From the NCBI GenBank assembly GCA_046483495.1, contig JAWODC010000073.1, positions 1 to 44,386 of the forward strand: 44,386 nucleotides of DNA, given 5' to 3'. Positions within the stretch are counted from its first letter, which is position 1, and each line of letters begins with the position of its first letter. The notes under the pieces are model-generated. The model had not been told where the DNA came from, did not search any database, and was given only the letters and a program-made list of their open reading frames with translations. Position numbers and translations under genes: made by a program. This stretch comes from Desulfobacterales bacterium (GTDB taxonomy: Bacteria > Desulfobacterota > Desulfobacteria > Desulfobacterales > UBA5616). Positions 19,001 through 27,305 of this stretch are shown in pieces.

Positions 19001-20527
19001 ATTCGGGAAAATGGGATCAATCGTGTTGTGGTGGCATCCTGCTCTCCACGGACTCACGAATCCCTTTTTCAAGACACCATTCAGGATGCGGGATTAAACC
19101 GGTACCTATTTGAAATGGCCAATATTCGAGACCAGAATACATGGGTCCATATGAATGAACCCAAAAAGGCAACCCAAAAAGCAAAGGATCTGGTCCGTAT
19201 GGCAGTGGCCAAAGCCGCTTATGTAGAGCCTCTTTACCAGGAAAAATTGGACATTTGCCAGTCTGCTCTGGTGGTGGGCGGTGGAGTGGCCGGCATGGAG
19301 TCGGCACTTTCAATTGCAGACCAGGGATTTGATGTGCATTTAGTGGAAAAAACAAAAGAGTTGGGCGGAATCGCCAATGTTTTACGGACTGCATGGCAGG
19401 GCGAACCCGTAGGCCCTTATCTTGCCGATCTGAAAAACCGCACCATTAGCCATCCACGCATTTCGGTTCACCTGAATTCCCAAATCACCTCCACCGGCGG
19501 CTCTGTCGGCCGGTTTGCTACAACCATTCGTTCCGAAGAAGGTTCGCCGAACACCATGGAACTACTGCATGGCATTACTGTATTAGCCACCGGCGGAAGG
19601 GAATATCAACCCAAGGAATATTTATATGGACAACATCTCGATATTTTGACGCACCTTGATCTGGATGCGGCTTTTTCGCGAAACGACAATCGTTTGTGCA
19701 GAGCCAAATCCGCAGTGTTTCTCCAATGTGTGGGTTCCCGAATATTGGAGAGACCTTACTGCAGTAAGGTTTGCTGTACGCATAGCCTGAAGGCTGCCCT
19801 TGCCCTGAAGCAACTCAACCCCCGGATCAAGATTTTCATTCTGTATCGTGACATACGGTCCTTCGGATTCAGGGAGGATATTTATAAGGAAGCCAGGGAG
19901 AACGGCATTCTTTTTATTCGCTATGACCTTGAAAATCCGCCGCAACTGGAAAACGAGGAAGATGGCAGTCTGCTTCTGAAAATTACGGATCATGTTCTTG
20001 GCATGCCGATTCATTTGCATCCGGATCTCGTGATACTGGCTTCTGCGGTTTTGCCGGCGGAAAACAAACATCTATTCGAACGCTTTAAAGTGCCTGTAAA
20101 TTCCGAAGGCTTTCTGGTGGAAGCACATGCCAAATTAAGGCCGGTCGATTTCGCTTCCGACGGAATATTCTTGGCCGGTCTGGCTCATTATCCCAAGCCT
20201 TTAGAGGAGTCTATCGCCCAAGCGAAAGCTGCAGCGGCCCGGGCAATGACAATCTTATCGAGGGAGTCTATTCTGGTGGGCGGCATCGTTTCTACAGTGG
20301 ATCACGACCGCTGTGCCGCATGCCTTACCTGCGTGCGGACATGCCCTTTTGGGGTTCCCTATATCGGGGATCAGGGTTATGCCGTTATCAATGCTTCTGA
20401 ATGCCATGGGTGCGGTATATGCGCGGCGGAATGCCCGGGGAAAGCCATTACTTTAAAACATTTCACCGATTTCCAAATTATGGCGAAAGAATCGGCTTTG
20501 TTTCAAGAGGAAACTCCCGTGACTTGA
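16079..20527 (+). CDS. hdrA: Large heterodisulfide reductase A-like flavoprotein (HdrL type) with two HdrA-like units and an inserted GltD/NfnB-like pyridine nucleotide oxidoreductase
   Basis: VVGAGISG...LDKTFPTNDCSMC (HdrA N-terminus), CTACGECIKVCP, CGRVCHHPCE, IGAGPAGL, GGGNVA..YRR, LQCVGSR...YCSSVCC, GVFVCNCG, a second VGGGVAG, a second LQCVGSR...YCSKVCC, and a C-terminal 2x[4Fe-4S]. Confidence 0.9.
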   Translation: MTKHAEGSVMVVGAGISGIQASLDLADSGYLVYLVDKKSAIGGVMAKLDKTFPTNDCSMCIISPKLVEAGRHLNIELLTLSSVEEISGEPGNFTVTISEQPRYVDMERCTACGECIKVCPVDTPNIFDENLRLKKAAFKLYPQAMPGAYAIEKKGVAPCKSACPAHPGIQGFIALSQQGKFQAALDLFRRDHPFPGVCGRVCHHPCEGICTRDQVDAPVAIRSLHRYLFDKEYKTSHRFVPEKKQIREEKIAIIGAGPAGLTCAYFLGIEGYRVSVFEKLPLLGGMLSVGIPSYRLPRDVIGYEVEVIKELGVEFVTGVEIGKDITIGRLREQGFAAFFIGIGAHECKRLGIEGEGLDGVYSGIEFLREFNLGHPIALKNRVAVIGGGNVAIDAVRTALRTGSAKPMVIYRRSEAEMPADPQEIRECREEGIEILTLTNPVRILGENGKVTGLECIKMELGDPDDTGRRRPVPITGTEFVIDVDNVITAIGQESDWACLTEECACSLNEWRTLSVDPVTFQTDDPDIFSGGDAVTGPATVVDAIAAGKEAAISIDRFVQGRDLHKGRSRSSDIAANVNTEAAKPIQRQAMPLLSEKKRIINFDEVQLGFDDAKARLELDRCLSCGVCSECYECVTACLPQAIDHDMTGRKHTVNVGAVILAPGFKPFDPSVCEPYGYGTHPNIVTSLEFERMLSASGPYEGHLIRPSDRKPPSKIAWLQCVGSRDINQADHSYCSSVCCMYATKEAVIAKEHSQIPLNTTIFFMDMRTFGKEFEKYYMRAEEESGVRYIRSRVHSVFPYDENQLRIVYTTESGTSVEDVFDMVVLSIGMSPADDAVDLANKMGIDLNRHGYVRTESMKPVSTSRDGIYVCGTFQEPKDIPQSVTEASAAAAAAAEPLSDARWSLTREKQVPPEIDVSGQEPRIGVFVCNCGINIGGIADVPAVSDYAQTLPSVVHVEQNLFTCSQDTQDHMKQVIRENGINRVVVASCSPRTHESLFQDTIQDAGLNRYLFEMANIRDQNTWVHMNEPKKATQKAKDLVRMAVAKAAYVEPLYQEKLDICQSALVVGGGVAGMESALSIADQGFDVHLVEKTKELGGIANVLRTAWQGEPVGPYLADLKNRTISHPRISVHLNSQITSTGGSVGRFATTIRSEEGSPNTMELLHGITVLATGGREYQPKEYLYGQHLDILTHLDLDAAFSRNDNRLCRAKSAVFLQCVGSRILERPYCSKVCCTHSLKAALALKQLNPRIKIFILYRDIRSFGFREDIYKEARENGILFIRYDLENPPQLENEEDGSLLLKITDHVLGMPIHLHPDLVILASAVLPAENKHLFERFKVPVNSEGFLVEAHAKLRPVDFASDGIFLAGLAHYPKPLEESIAQAKAAAARAMTILSRESILVGGIVSTVDHDRCAACLTCVRTCPFGVPYIGDQGYAVINASECHGCGICAAECPGKAITLKHFTDFQIMAKESALFQEETPVT

Positions 20528-20618
20528 TTGATGGGGCGAATAGATGGTGACAGGCTGTCGTAATTACATGAAATCTATAGTTTGCTTGCCTTGAACGCAG
20601 GAAAAAGGAGGTGCGCCG

Positions 20619-21044
20619 ATGGCACATGAATTCGAACCCCGAATCATAGCCTTTTGCTGCCGGTACTGAGCCTATGCCTCAGCGGACCTGGCAGGTTCCA
20701 TGCGGTTGTCCTACCCGGATAATGTTAAAATCATCCAGGTGCCCTGCACCGGCAGGGTGGATATTATCCATCTGCTCAGGACGATTGAAGACGGTGCCGA
20801 CGGCGTTTTTGTTGCCGGGTGCCTGGAAGGAGAATGCCATTACATGAACGGAAATGTAAAGACCAGGAAAAAGGTCGCATACGTTCAGCAGGTATTGCAA
20901 CAAATCGGCATGATTCCGGAACGGGTCCAAATGTTTAACCTTTCATCTGCAATGGCCACGCGGTTTGCCGAAATCGTTCGGGAAATGACGGAAAAAACGA
21001 GAAGAATGGGACCAAGTCCTCTAAACAAACATAAGGCTGCATAA
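20619..21044 (+). CDS. mvhD: MvhD/FlpD-like [2Fe-2S] subunit, selenoprotein (Sec17 encoded by TGA 20667-20669)
   Basis: AGGAGG RBS and ATG 20619 give MAHEFEPRIIAFCCRY-TGA-AYASADLAGSMRLSYP...VPCTGRVD...GADGVFVAGCLEGECHY, in frame with the track ORF at 20700. The TGA falls at the Cys of the MvhD FxCxxCxYxxADLAG motif. Confidence 0.92.
20670..20703 (+). promoter_or_regulatory. Candidate bacterial SECIS hairpin
   Basis: GGACCT-GGC-AGGTTCC hairpin (20684-20699) with a G-containing apical loop about 20 nt after the in-frame TGA. Confidence 0.6.
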
Positions 21045-21055
21045 CGAGGTGCCTC

Positions 21056-21721
21056 ATGATTATCGCAAATAGGAAACCTCTCGAAGAAATACTTGAGATG
21101 ATAAAGAATTGCAAGAAAGTACTCCTTCTCGGATGTCGTGGATGTGTGACCGTATGCAATGTCGGCGGAGAAAAGGAAGTAGAGATTCTGGCCGCTACCT
21201 TGAGAATCGCCCGTAAAAAAGAAAGCGATGAACTGGAAATTCACGAAAAATCTCTCGAAAGGCAATGCGACCCCGAATACATCGAACAGATAAAAGATAC
21301 GGTTAAAAACTTTGATGCCGTCCTTTCCATGGCTTGCGGCGTTGGACCCCAATTCCTCTCCGAATGTTTCCCGGAACAGCGCTTCTATCCAATGGTGAAT
21401 ACAACCTTTATGGGTGGTGGGGTGGCTCACGGCATTTGGGAAGAGCGCTGCGCCGGCTGCGGGACTTGCATCATACATTACTATGAAGGTATGTGTCCCA
21501 TTGCCCGATGCGCAAAAAGCCTTCTGCACGGCCCATGCGGCGGGTCGGCAGGTGGAAAATGCGAAATTGACAACCAGGTCGTTTGTATATGGAATGAGAT
21601 CGTGCAAAAGAAGATGGAGCGGGGAAGGCTGGAGGAATTGCTGGAATTAAAGCCCCTGAAAGACTGGAGAACCGCGCGGGACGGAGGACCCCGTAAACGG
21701 GCAAAGGAGGAATTGGCGTAA
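21056..21721 (+). CDS. metV: Methylenetetrahydrofolate reductase small Fe-S/Zn subunit MetV
   Basis: GCRGCVTVC, ERQCD, ACGVG and ERCAGCGTC...CPIARCAKSLLHGPCGG...CE...CIW; directly upstream of metF. Confidence 0.9.
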   Translation: MIIANRKPLEEILEMIKNCKKVLLLGCRGCVTVCNVGGEKEVEILAATLRIARKKESDELEIHEKSLERQCDPEYIEQIKDTVKNFDAVLSMACGVGPQFLSECFPEQRFYPMVNTTFMGGGVAHGIWEERCAGCGTCIIHYYEGMCPIARCAKSLLHGPCGGSAGGKCEIDNQVVCIWNEIVQKKMERGRLEELLELKPLKDWRTARDGGPRKRAKEELA

Positions 21722-22653
21722 TGGAAACTTACAAATCCGGAAGCCGATTGGAAAAAGTACTGAGATCCGGACAATTTGCTTTTACGGGTGAGTGCGGCCC
21801 GCCAAAGGGCTCCAATGTATCACATCTAAAAGAAAAATTTTCCCATCTGAGGCAGATTGTGGATGCCGTAAACATCACCGACAACCAGACCGCAGTTGTC
21901 CGGATGTCAAGCCTGGCTGCATCAGCCATTCTGGTATCCGAAGGGATGGAACCCAATTACCAACTGGTCTGTCGAGACCGTAACCGCCTGGCTTTAATGA
22001 GTGACATTCTAGGTGCGGCTTCATTAGGCATTCGAAACATGCTGTGCCTCTCCGGAGACCATCAGAAATTCGGAAATCACCCTGAATCCAAAAATGTATT
22101 TGATATCGATTCCATGCAGCTTATCGCATTGGTAAAAACGATGAGAGATGAAGGCCTTTTTCCAAATGGCGAAAACATTGATGAGCCTCCCAAACTGTTT
22201 ATCGGTGCGGCTGCCAACCCATTTGCGGATCCTTTTGACTACAGGATTTGCCGACTTGCCGCAAAAGTGGCCGCCGGTGCGGATTTCATCCAGACTCAGT
22301 GCATTTACAATATGGACAAGTTCAGGACCTACATGAAAATGGCAGTGGACATGGGGCTCACGGAAAGATGCTACATCCTTGCCGGAGTTACTCCGTTAAA
22401 AAGCTTTCGGATGGCCCAATATATGGCTGCCAATGTTCCTGGAATGGATGTCCCGGAGACTGTGTTAAAACGTATCGAAGGTGCGGGCAAAGGCAACTAT
22501 GCTGAAGAAGGAATCAAAATAACCCTCGAGCAAATTGAAGAGTTCAAAGAAACGAGAGGTGTTGCCGGTGTTCACCTCATGGCGATAGAATGGGAGCATC
22601 GGGTGCCGGAGATAGCCCAACGCGCTAATTTGGTCCCCAGGCCTGAAGTCTAA
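21721..22653 (+). CDS. metF: Methylenetetrahydrofolate reductase MetF (MetV-associated type)
   Basis: TGECGPPKG, NITDNQTA, CRDRNR, LSGDH, GADFIQTQ and GVHLMAIEWE. Confidence 0.93.
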   Translation: METYKSGSRLEKVLRSGQFAFTGECGPPKGSNVSHLKEKFSHLRQIVDAVNITDNQTAVVRMSSLAASAILVSEGMEPNYQLVCRDRNRLALMSDILGAASLGIRNMLCLSGDHQKFGNHPESKNVFDIDSMQLIALVKTMRDEGLFPNGENIDEPPKLFIGAAANPFADPFDYRICRLAAKVAAGADFIQTQCIYNMDKFRTYMKMAVDMGLTERCYILAGVTPLKSFRMAQYMAANVPGMDVPETVLKRIEGAGKGNYAEEGIKITLEQIEEFKETRGVAGVHLMAIEWEHRVPEIAQRANLVPRPEV

Positions 22654-22898
22654 TATTCGAAACTGAGATGCGTCCATTTGATTGTGCCACGTTTTGTGTC
22701 TCGTACAATAATGTGTGACATGAGGTCTGCACTTTTTCGTTTTCGTTCACTTTCCATCGTTCCAATTGCATAACATGTTCGTAACATTTCCTGGTTCAGT
22801 TGTCATCCGCTACCCTCCTTGTCGTACATAGCATTCTTCTATTTTAAAGAAATATATACGGTGACTTCCTTTACAAATCTACGTAAAAATGCTAATGG

Positions 22899-24539
22899 AT
22901 GAACTTAAAATATATTTTGAATGCAATTAACAGGATGAATACTATCATGCCCATTTATTCGAGGGGGTGGCTCAAGGTTGCCTTACCTGCGGTAGCAGGT
23001 TTTTTTTTGGTCGTCACCGGATGGGCGGTGACAGAAATAAAAAAAAATGAATCTTATGAATCGGGCGATATCCTTATTCAATCGGTAAAGGAGTTTGCAC
23101 CACTGGAGCGGGCGGCGGTGGTCTTCCACCACGATCGCCACACCGATGTTCTCGAAGCACATCAAAAAGGCTGTTCGACCTGCCATTTAACCCATGAAAA
23201 CCGGCTTTCCCTTAAATTCAAGCGGCTGGAAGACAAAGGCAGGCAGTTCCTCATGGAAACGTATCATACCAATTGTATCGGATGCCATCGGGAATTGAGG
23301 GGAAAGCAGCAAACCGGAGGTCCGTTGACATGCGGTGAATGTCACCGGGAGCCTGTGCCTGAGATCGATCGGGACTCCATGTCCTTCAATCATTCCCTGC
23401 ATTACAGGCATGTAAAGGCTGCCGACAAAGAATGTGGTCTGTGCCACCACGTTTATGACAAAGAGGCCGAAAAAACCGTCTACGCTAAGGGAGAAGAGGG
23501 GTCCTGCCGGTACTGCCACAAGCAGGAGGACAGCGACACGGGCATGTCGTTCCGGAAGGCCGCCCACATGTCCTGTCTGTTCTGCCACATGGAAAAACAG
23601 GCGCAAAACCAGACCGCCGGTCCGGTCAAATGCCGGGGATGTCATGATCCGGGGGAAAAGCAGGCCATCAAGACCGTTAAAGACGTGCCGCGGATCGAGC
23701 GGAATCAACCCGATGTCGGGTTTGTCGAACGTTATCCAAAAAATCCTGAGATGACGGCCTCGGATTACCGAATGGGCCTTGTGCCGTTCGATCACCGTAA
23801 TCATGAAACGCAGGAAGACACATGCCGGGTCTGCCATCATGAAAGCCTCGACACGTGCAGCCGATGCCACACGGTCAAAGGAGCTAAAGAGGGGAATTGG
23901 GTAACGCTCGCTCAGGCCATGCACCAGGAGGGCGAACAGAAGAGCTGCATCGGCTGCCATTTACGAAAGACGGAGAAAACCTCCTGCGCCGGATGCCACG
24001 GCGTGAAGCCGGCCCGGAAAACGGAGGATTCCGATTGCTTGCGATGCCACTTGGCAGCTGTTGGAAAGGATGACCTGCCGTCGGCTGTTGTCGCAGACAG
24101 CGGTCTTGCGGAAAGAATGCTGAACCGGGCGAAAAAGGGCGCCGAAACCCCGAATTGGGAAAGTCCTCCCGAAACGGTGAAAATCGACGCATTGGAGAAA
24201 ACATACGGCCCGGTCGATTTGCCTCATGGAAAAATCATTTCGGCATTAAAGAAAGGGGTTGCAGAAGACGGTCTGGCGCAGTATTTTCATAATGGCGATG
24301 AACAGTTGTGCCGGGGATGCCATCACAACAGCCCCCCCAGTGAAAACCCCCCCCGATGCGGAAGCTGCCATGGAAAACCCTTCACCGGCAAGGATCCGCA
24401 CACACCGGGATTGATGGCGGCCTATCATCAGCAGTGCATGGGGTGCCACCGGGAAATGAATGTATCCAAACCCCCGTCAAATGACTGCACAGCATGCCAT
24501 AAAGAAAAAGGAAAAGAAATCGTTTCGGCATTCCGATAA
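22899..24539 (+). CDS. hmcA: High-molecular-weight 16-heme cytochrome c HmcA
   Basis: 16 CxxCH motifs counted and an N-terminal hydrophobic signal; first gene of the hmc cluster. The true start may be a downstream Met. Confidence 0.92.
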   Translation: MNLKYILNAINRMNTIMPIYSRGWLKVALPAVAGFFLVVTGWAVTEIKKNESYESGDILIQSVKEFAPLERAAVVFHHDRHTDVLEAHQKGCSTCHLTHENRLSLKFKRLEDKGRQFLMETYHTNCIGCHRELRGKQQTGGPLTCGECHREPVPEIDRDSMSFNHSLHYRHVKAADKECGLCHHVYDKEAEKTVYAKGEEGSCRYCHKQEDSDTGMSFRKAAHMSCLFCHMEKQAQNQTAGPVKCRGCHDPGEKQAIKTVKDVPRIERNQPDVGFVERYPKNPEMTASDYRMGLVPFDHRNHETQEDTCRVCHHESLDTCSRCHTVKGAKEGNWVTLAQAMHQEGEQKSCIGCHLRKTEKTSCAGCHGVKPARKTEDSDCLRCHLAAVGKDDLPSAVVADSGLAERMLNRAKKGAETPNWESPPETVKIDALEKTYGPVDLPHGKIISALKKGVAEDGLAQYFHNGDEQLCRGCHHNSPPSENPPRCGSCHGKPFTGKDPHTPGLMAAYHQQCMGCHREMNVSKPPSNDCTACHKEKGKEIVSAFR

Positions 24540-24583
24540 GCAGGAATGCAAAGCCCATCCGGTATGAGATTCCAGGTGACTGC

Positions 24584-25618
24584 ATGACACTATCACGACG
24601 AAAATTTTTAGGGTGGTTCGGCGCCACAGCCGGGTCGATGGCAGCGGCGGCAAAAAAGGGTGAAGGGGCTTCGGCGGGACAGTTCGCCGGATATTCCGAC
24701 AGCATCGGCATCTTGCACGACACCCGTTTATGCATTGGATGCCGCCGGTGTGAAGACGCCTGCAACCGGGTGAACTCGCTTCCGGCCCCTGAAAAACCGT
24801 TTACCGATTTGTCCGTTCTGGAACATTACCGCAGAACCACGGCCGAGGCCTTTACCGTCGTCAACCGTTTTGACGGCCCGGATATGGAAATCAGGCCGGT
24901 ATTTGCAAAAAAACAGTGCAACCACTGCCTCGAACCGGCTTGTGTATCGGCGTGTTTCGTCAAGGCGTTGAAAAAAACACGGCAGGGCCCCGTAATCTAT
25001 GATGCGTCGGTATGCGTCGGATGCCGTTACTGCATGATCGCCTGCCCATTTGAAATTCCGGCTTATGAATACGACAATGCCTTTACGCCACGGGTAATGA
25101 AATGCACCATGTGCTACCCGAGAGTTCAGGAAAACAGGCTTCCCGGATGCGTGGAAGCCTGCCCTACCGAAGCCTTGTCATTCGGGAAGCGAAAAGATCT
25201 CATCCGTATCGCCGAAGAAAGGATCGCAGCTAATGGCGGCACGTATGTGAACCATATTTACGGGGAGCATGAGATGGGCGGGACCGCCTGGCTGACCATT
25301 TCAGCAGTGCCGTTTTCCCGGTTGGGAATGCGGGAGGATCTGGGGAACGTCCCGGCTCCGCTCTTGACGTCCGGGGCATTGAGCGGCGTTCCGATCGTCG
25401 CCGGGCTGTGGCCGGTCCTCCTGGTGGGGATTTACGCTATATCCAGGCGAAAGGACCGCATCGCTGAGGAGGAAAAACGAATCGCCGTTGCCGAAGCGGT
25501 GGAAAAAGCCGAAACAGCGGCTGCCGAAAAGCATGCGCAAACTCTGGAAAAAATGCGGCAGGAAAACAAGACGGAGATCGAACGGGAAGTAAAAAAAGCC
25601 CTGGAAAAGGCGAACTAG
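24584..25618 (+). CDS. hmcB: HmcB periplasmic 4Fe-4S protein
   Basis: Tat signal [42 protein letters not shown] and KCTMC; C-terminal TM helix. Confidence 0.9.
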   Translation: MTLSRRKFLGWFGATAGSMAAAAKKGEGASAGQFAGYSDSIGILHDTRLCIGCRRCEDACNRVNSLPAPEKPFTDLSVLEHYRRTTAEAFTVVNRFDGPDMEIRPVFAKKQCNHCLEPACVSACFVKALKKTRQGPVIYDASVCVGCRYCMIACPFEIPAYEYDNAFTPRVMKCTMCYPRVQENRLPGCVEACPTEALSFGKRKDLIRIAEERIAANGGTYVNHIYGEHEMGGTAWLTISAVPFSRLGMREDLGNVPAPLLTSGALSGVPIVAGLWPVLLVGIYAISRRKDRIAEEEKRIAVAEAVEKAETAAAEKHAQTLEKMRQENKTEIEREVKKALEKAN

Positions 25619-25761
25619 TGTTCATCCAGAAATAGGCAATTTCGCGTGAGTTGAAGGCGGGCGCAAGATCGAAGCCGCAGGAATAGTGTGCTATTTTGAG
25701 GATTTCGATTTTGCGCCCGACGCAGAAATCGCGTGAAAGGGCCGTTTATGGATGGACACGA
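25616..25761. repeat. 146-nt palindromic intergenic element, copy 1 (MITE/REP-like)
   Basis: Imperfect terminal inverted repeats TAGTGTTCATCCAGAAAT / GTTTATGGATGGACACGA with nested internal stems; homologous to 27139-27284. Confidence 0.8.
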
Positions 25762-25795
25762 ACTATCCTCCATCCGGAAATATGAAAGGAGATCG

Positions 25796-26974
25796 ATGGC
25801 CGACTACACGGACAACGCCGCCGGAAAAGGGTGGCTTACCCCATTTAATATCACAGCCGCTGTCATTATTATTCTCGGTCTGATCCTTACGGTGATCCGA
25901 TTTACCCGGGGACTCGGGGCCGTGACCAACCTGTCTCACGACAACCCCTGGGGAATCTGGATCGGGTTCGACCTGCTGGTGGGCGTGGCCCTGGCCGCCG
26001 GGGGATTCGTCACCTCTGCGGCCGTGTATATCTTCGGCTTGAAGCGATACCATTCGGCGGTCAGGCCTGCGATTCTGACGGGATTTTTGGGGTACGCCCT
26101 CGTCGTTGTGGCCCTTACCTATGACGTGGGCCGTGGATGGCGCCTGCCGTACCCCTTTTTCGTCAGCCAGGGAACAACCAGCATATTGTTCGAAGTCGCC
26201 GCCTGTGTGGCCCTCTACCTGACCGTCCTTTTTTTGGAATTTTCTCCCGCGGCCCTGGAATGGCTTGGATTGAAACGGCTGAGAAATCTCATTGTAAAAC
26301 TCACTCTGGTGCTTACCATATTCGGTGTGGTCCTGTCGACACTGCATCAGTCATCATTGGGTGCGCTGTTTCTCATAGCCCCGTCCAAACTCCATCCCTT
26401 GTGGTATACCCCGTATCTGCCGGTGTACTTCTTCGTCACAAGTATCGTCGCAGGGCTTTCCATGGTAATCGTGGAAAGCGCCCTTACCGAAAAGTACTTC
26501 TCTCGACAGATGGATGAAACTCACCGGCTGGAAAAGGAAAACGTGGCATTCGGCTTCGGAAAAGCGGCGTCTTTCATTTTGGCAGGATATGTCTTTATCA
26601 AACTTATCGGAATTTCCACGGACAACGAATGGCGCCTGCTGTTCACGCCTTACGGGGCATGGTTTTTGATCGAACTGGTCGGTTTTGCGGCCTTGCCGTC
26701 GTTTGTCTACGCCCTCGGCGTCCGTGAAAAGCGGATCACTCTCATACGAATCGCCGCGGCATGGTCCGTCCTGGGAATTGTCGTTAATCGGTTCAATGTC
26801 AGCCTGATTGCATTCAACTGGCACTTGCCGGCTGAAAGCCGGTATTTTCCGCACTGGATGGAGATCGGGATTTCCGTATTTCTGGTCACAGCCGGCATCC
26901 TTGTTTTCCGCTTTATCGTTTCACGCATGCCGGTGGTCTACGAGCATCCGGCGTATAAACATGAACTGAAATAA
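25796..26974 (+). CDS. hmcC: HmcC, NrfD/HybB-like integral membrane subunit
   Basis: TNLSHDNPWGIWIGFD, DVGRGWR, STLHQSSLG and KLHPLW. Start set at ATG 25796 after an AAAGGAGA RBS. Confidence 0.9.
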   Translation: MADYTDNAAGKGWLTPFNITAAVIIILGLILTVIRFTRGLGAVTNLSHDNPWGIWIGFDLLVGVALAAGGFVTSAAVYIFGLKRYHSAVRPAILTGFLGYALVVVALTYDVGRGWRLPYPFFVSQGTTSILFEVAACVALYLTVLFLEFSPAALEWLGLKRLRNLIVKLTLVLTIFGVVLSTLHQSSLGALFLIAPSKLHPLWYTPYLPVYFFVTSIVAGLSMVIVESALTEKYFSRQMDETHRLEKENVAFGFGKAASFILAGYVFIKLIGISTDNEWRLLFTPYGAWFLIELVGFAALPSFVYALGVREKRITLIRIAAAWSVLGIVVNRFNVSLIAFNWHLPAESRYFPHWMEIGISVFLVTAGILVFRFIVSRMPVVYEHPAYKHELK

Positions 26975-27002
26975 GGGGGTACCCCGTCATGAAAGGAAAA
27001 TG

Positions 27003-27137
27003 ATGGACTCGGTTTACAATACGCTTCATGAATTTATGGCCCATGCCGAAGGGGTCACTTATATCCTGGTGGTAGCGACGCTCATCGGTATCGCCTTTTT
27101 CTGGCGGTTTTTGAACGGCCGCGATGAAGACAACTAA
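27003..27137 (+). CDS. hmcD: HmcD small membrane subunit (44 aa, below the ORF-track cutoff)
   Basis: MDSVYNTLHEFMAHAEGVTYILVVATLIGIAFFWRFLNGRDEDN; AAGGA RBS; single TM helix; lies between hmcC and hmcE. Confidence 0.85.
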   Translation: MDSVYNTLHEFMAHAEGVTYILVVATLIGIAFFWRFLNGRDEDN

Positions 27138-27138
27138 A

Positions 27139-27284
27139 TAGGTCCATCCGGAAATGAGAACATTCGACTCGGTTCAAGGCAGCCGGGAAATTTAAAATTC
27201 ACGAATACATTGAGTATTTTGAGGCTTACAATTTCCCGTCCAACGCCGAAATAGAGCGAATCAGCCATTTCTGGATGGGCACTA
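27139..27284. repeat. 146-nt palindromic intergenic element, copy 2 (MITE/REP-like)
   Basis: Terminal inverted repeats TAGGTCCATCCGGAAATG / CATTTCTGGATGGGCACTA; same architecture as copy 1. Confidence 0.8.
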
Positions 27285-27305
27285 AATCAGGCTGCGAGGC
27301 TTCAC

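Noticed and set aside
25733..25795. N-terminal extension of HmcC given by the ORF track
   Set aside because: It is translated from the repeat element; the RBS supports ATG 25796.
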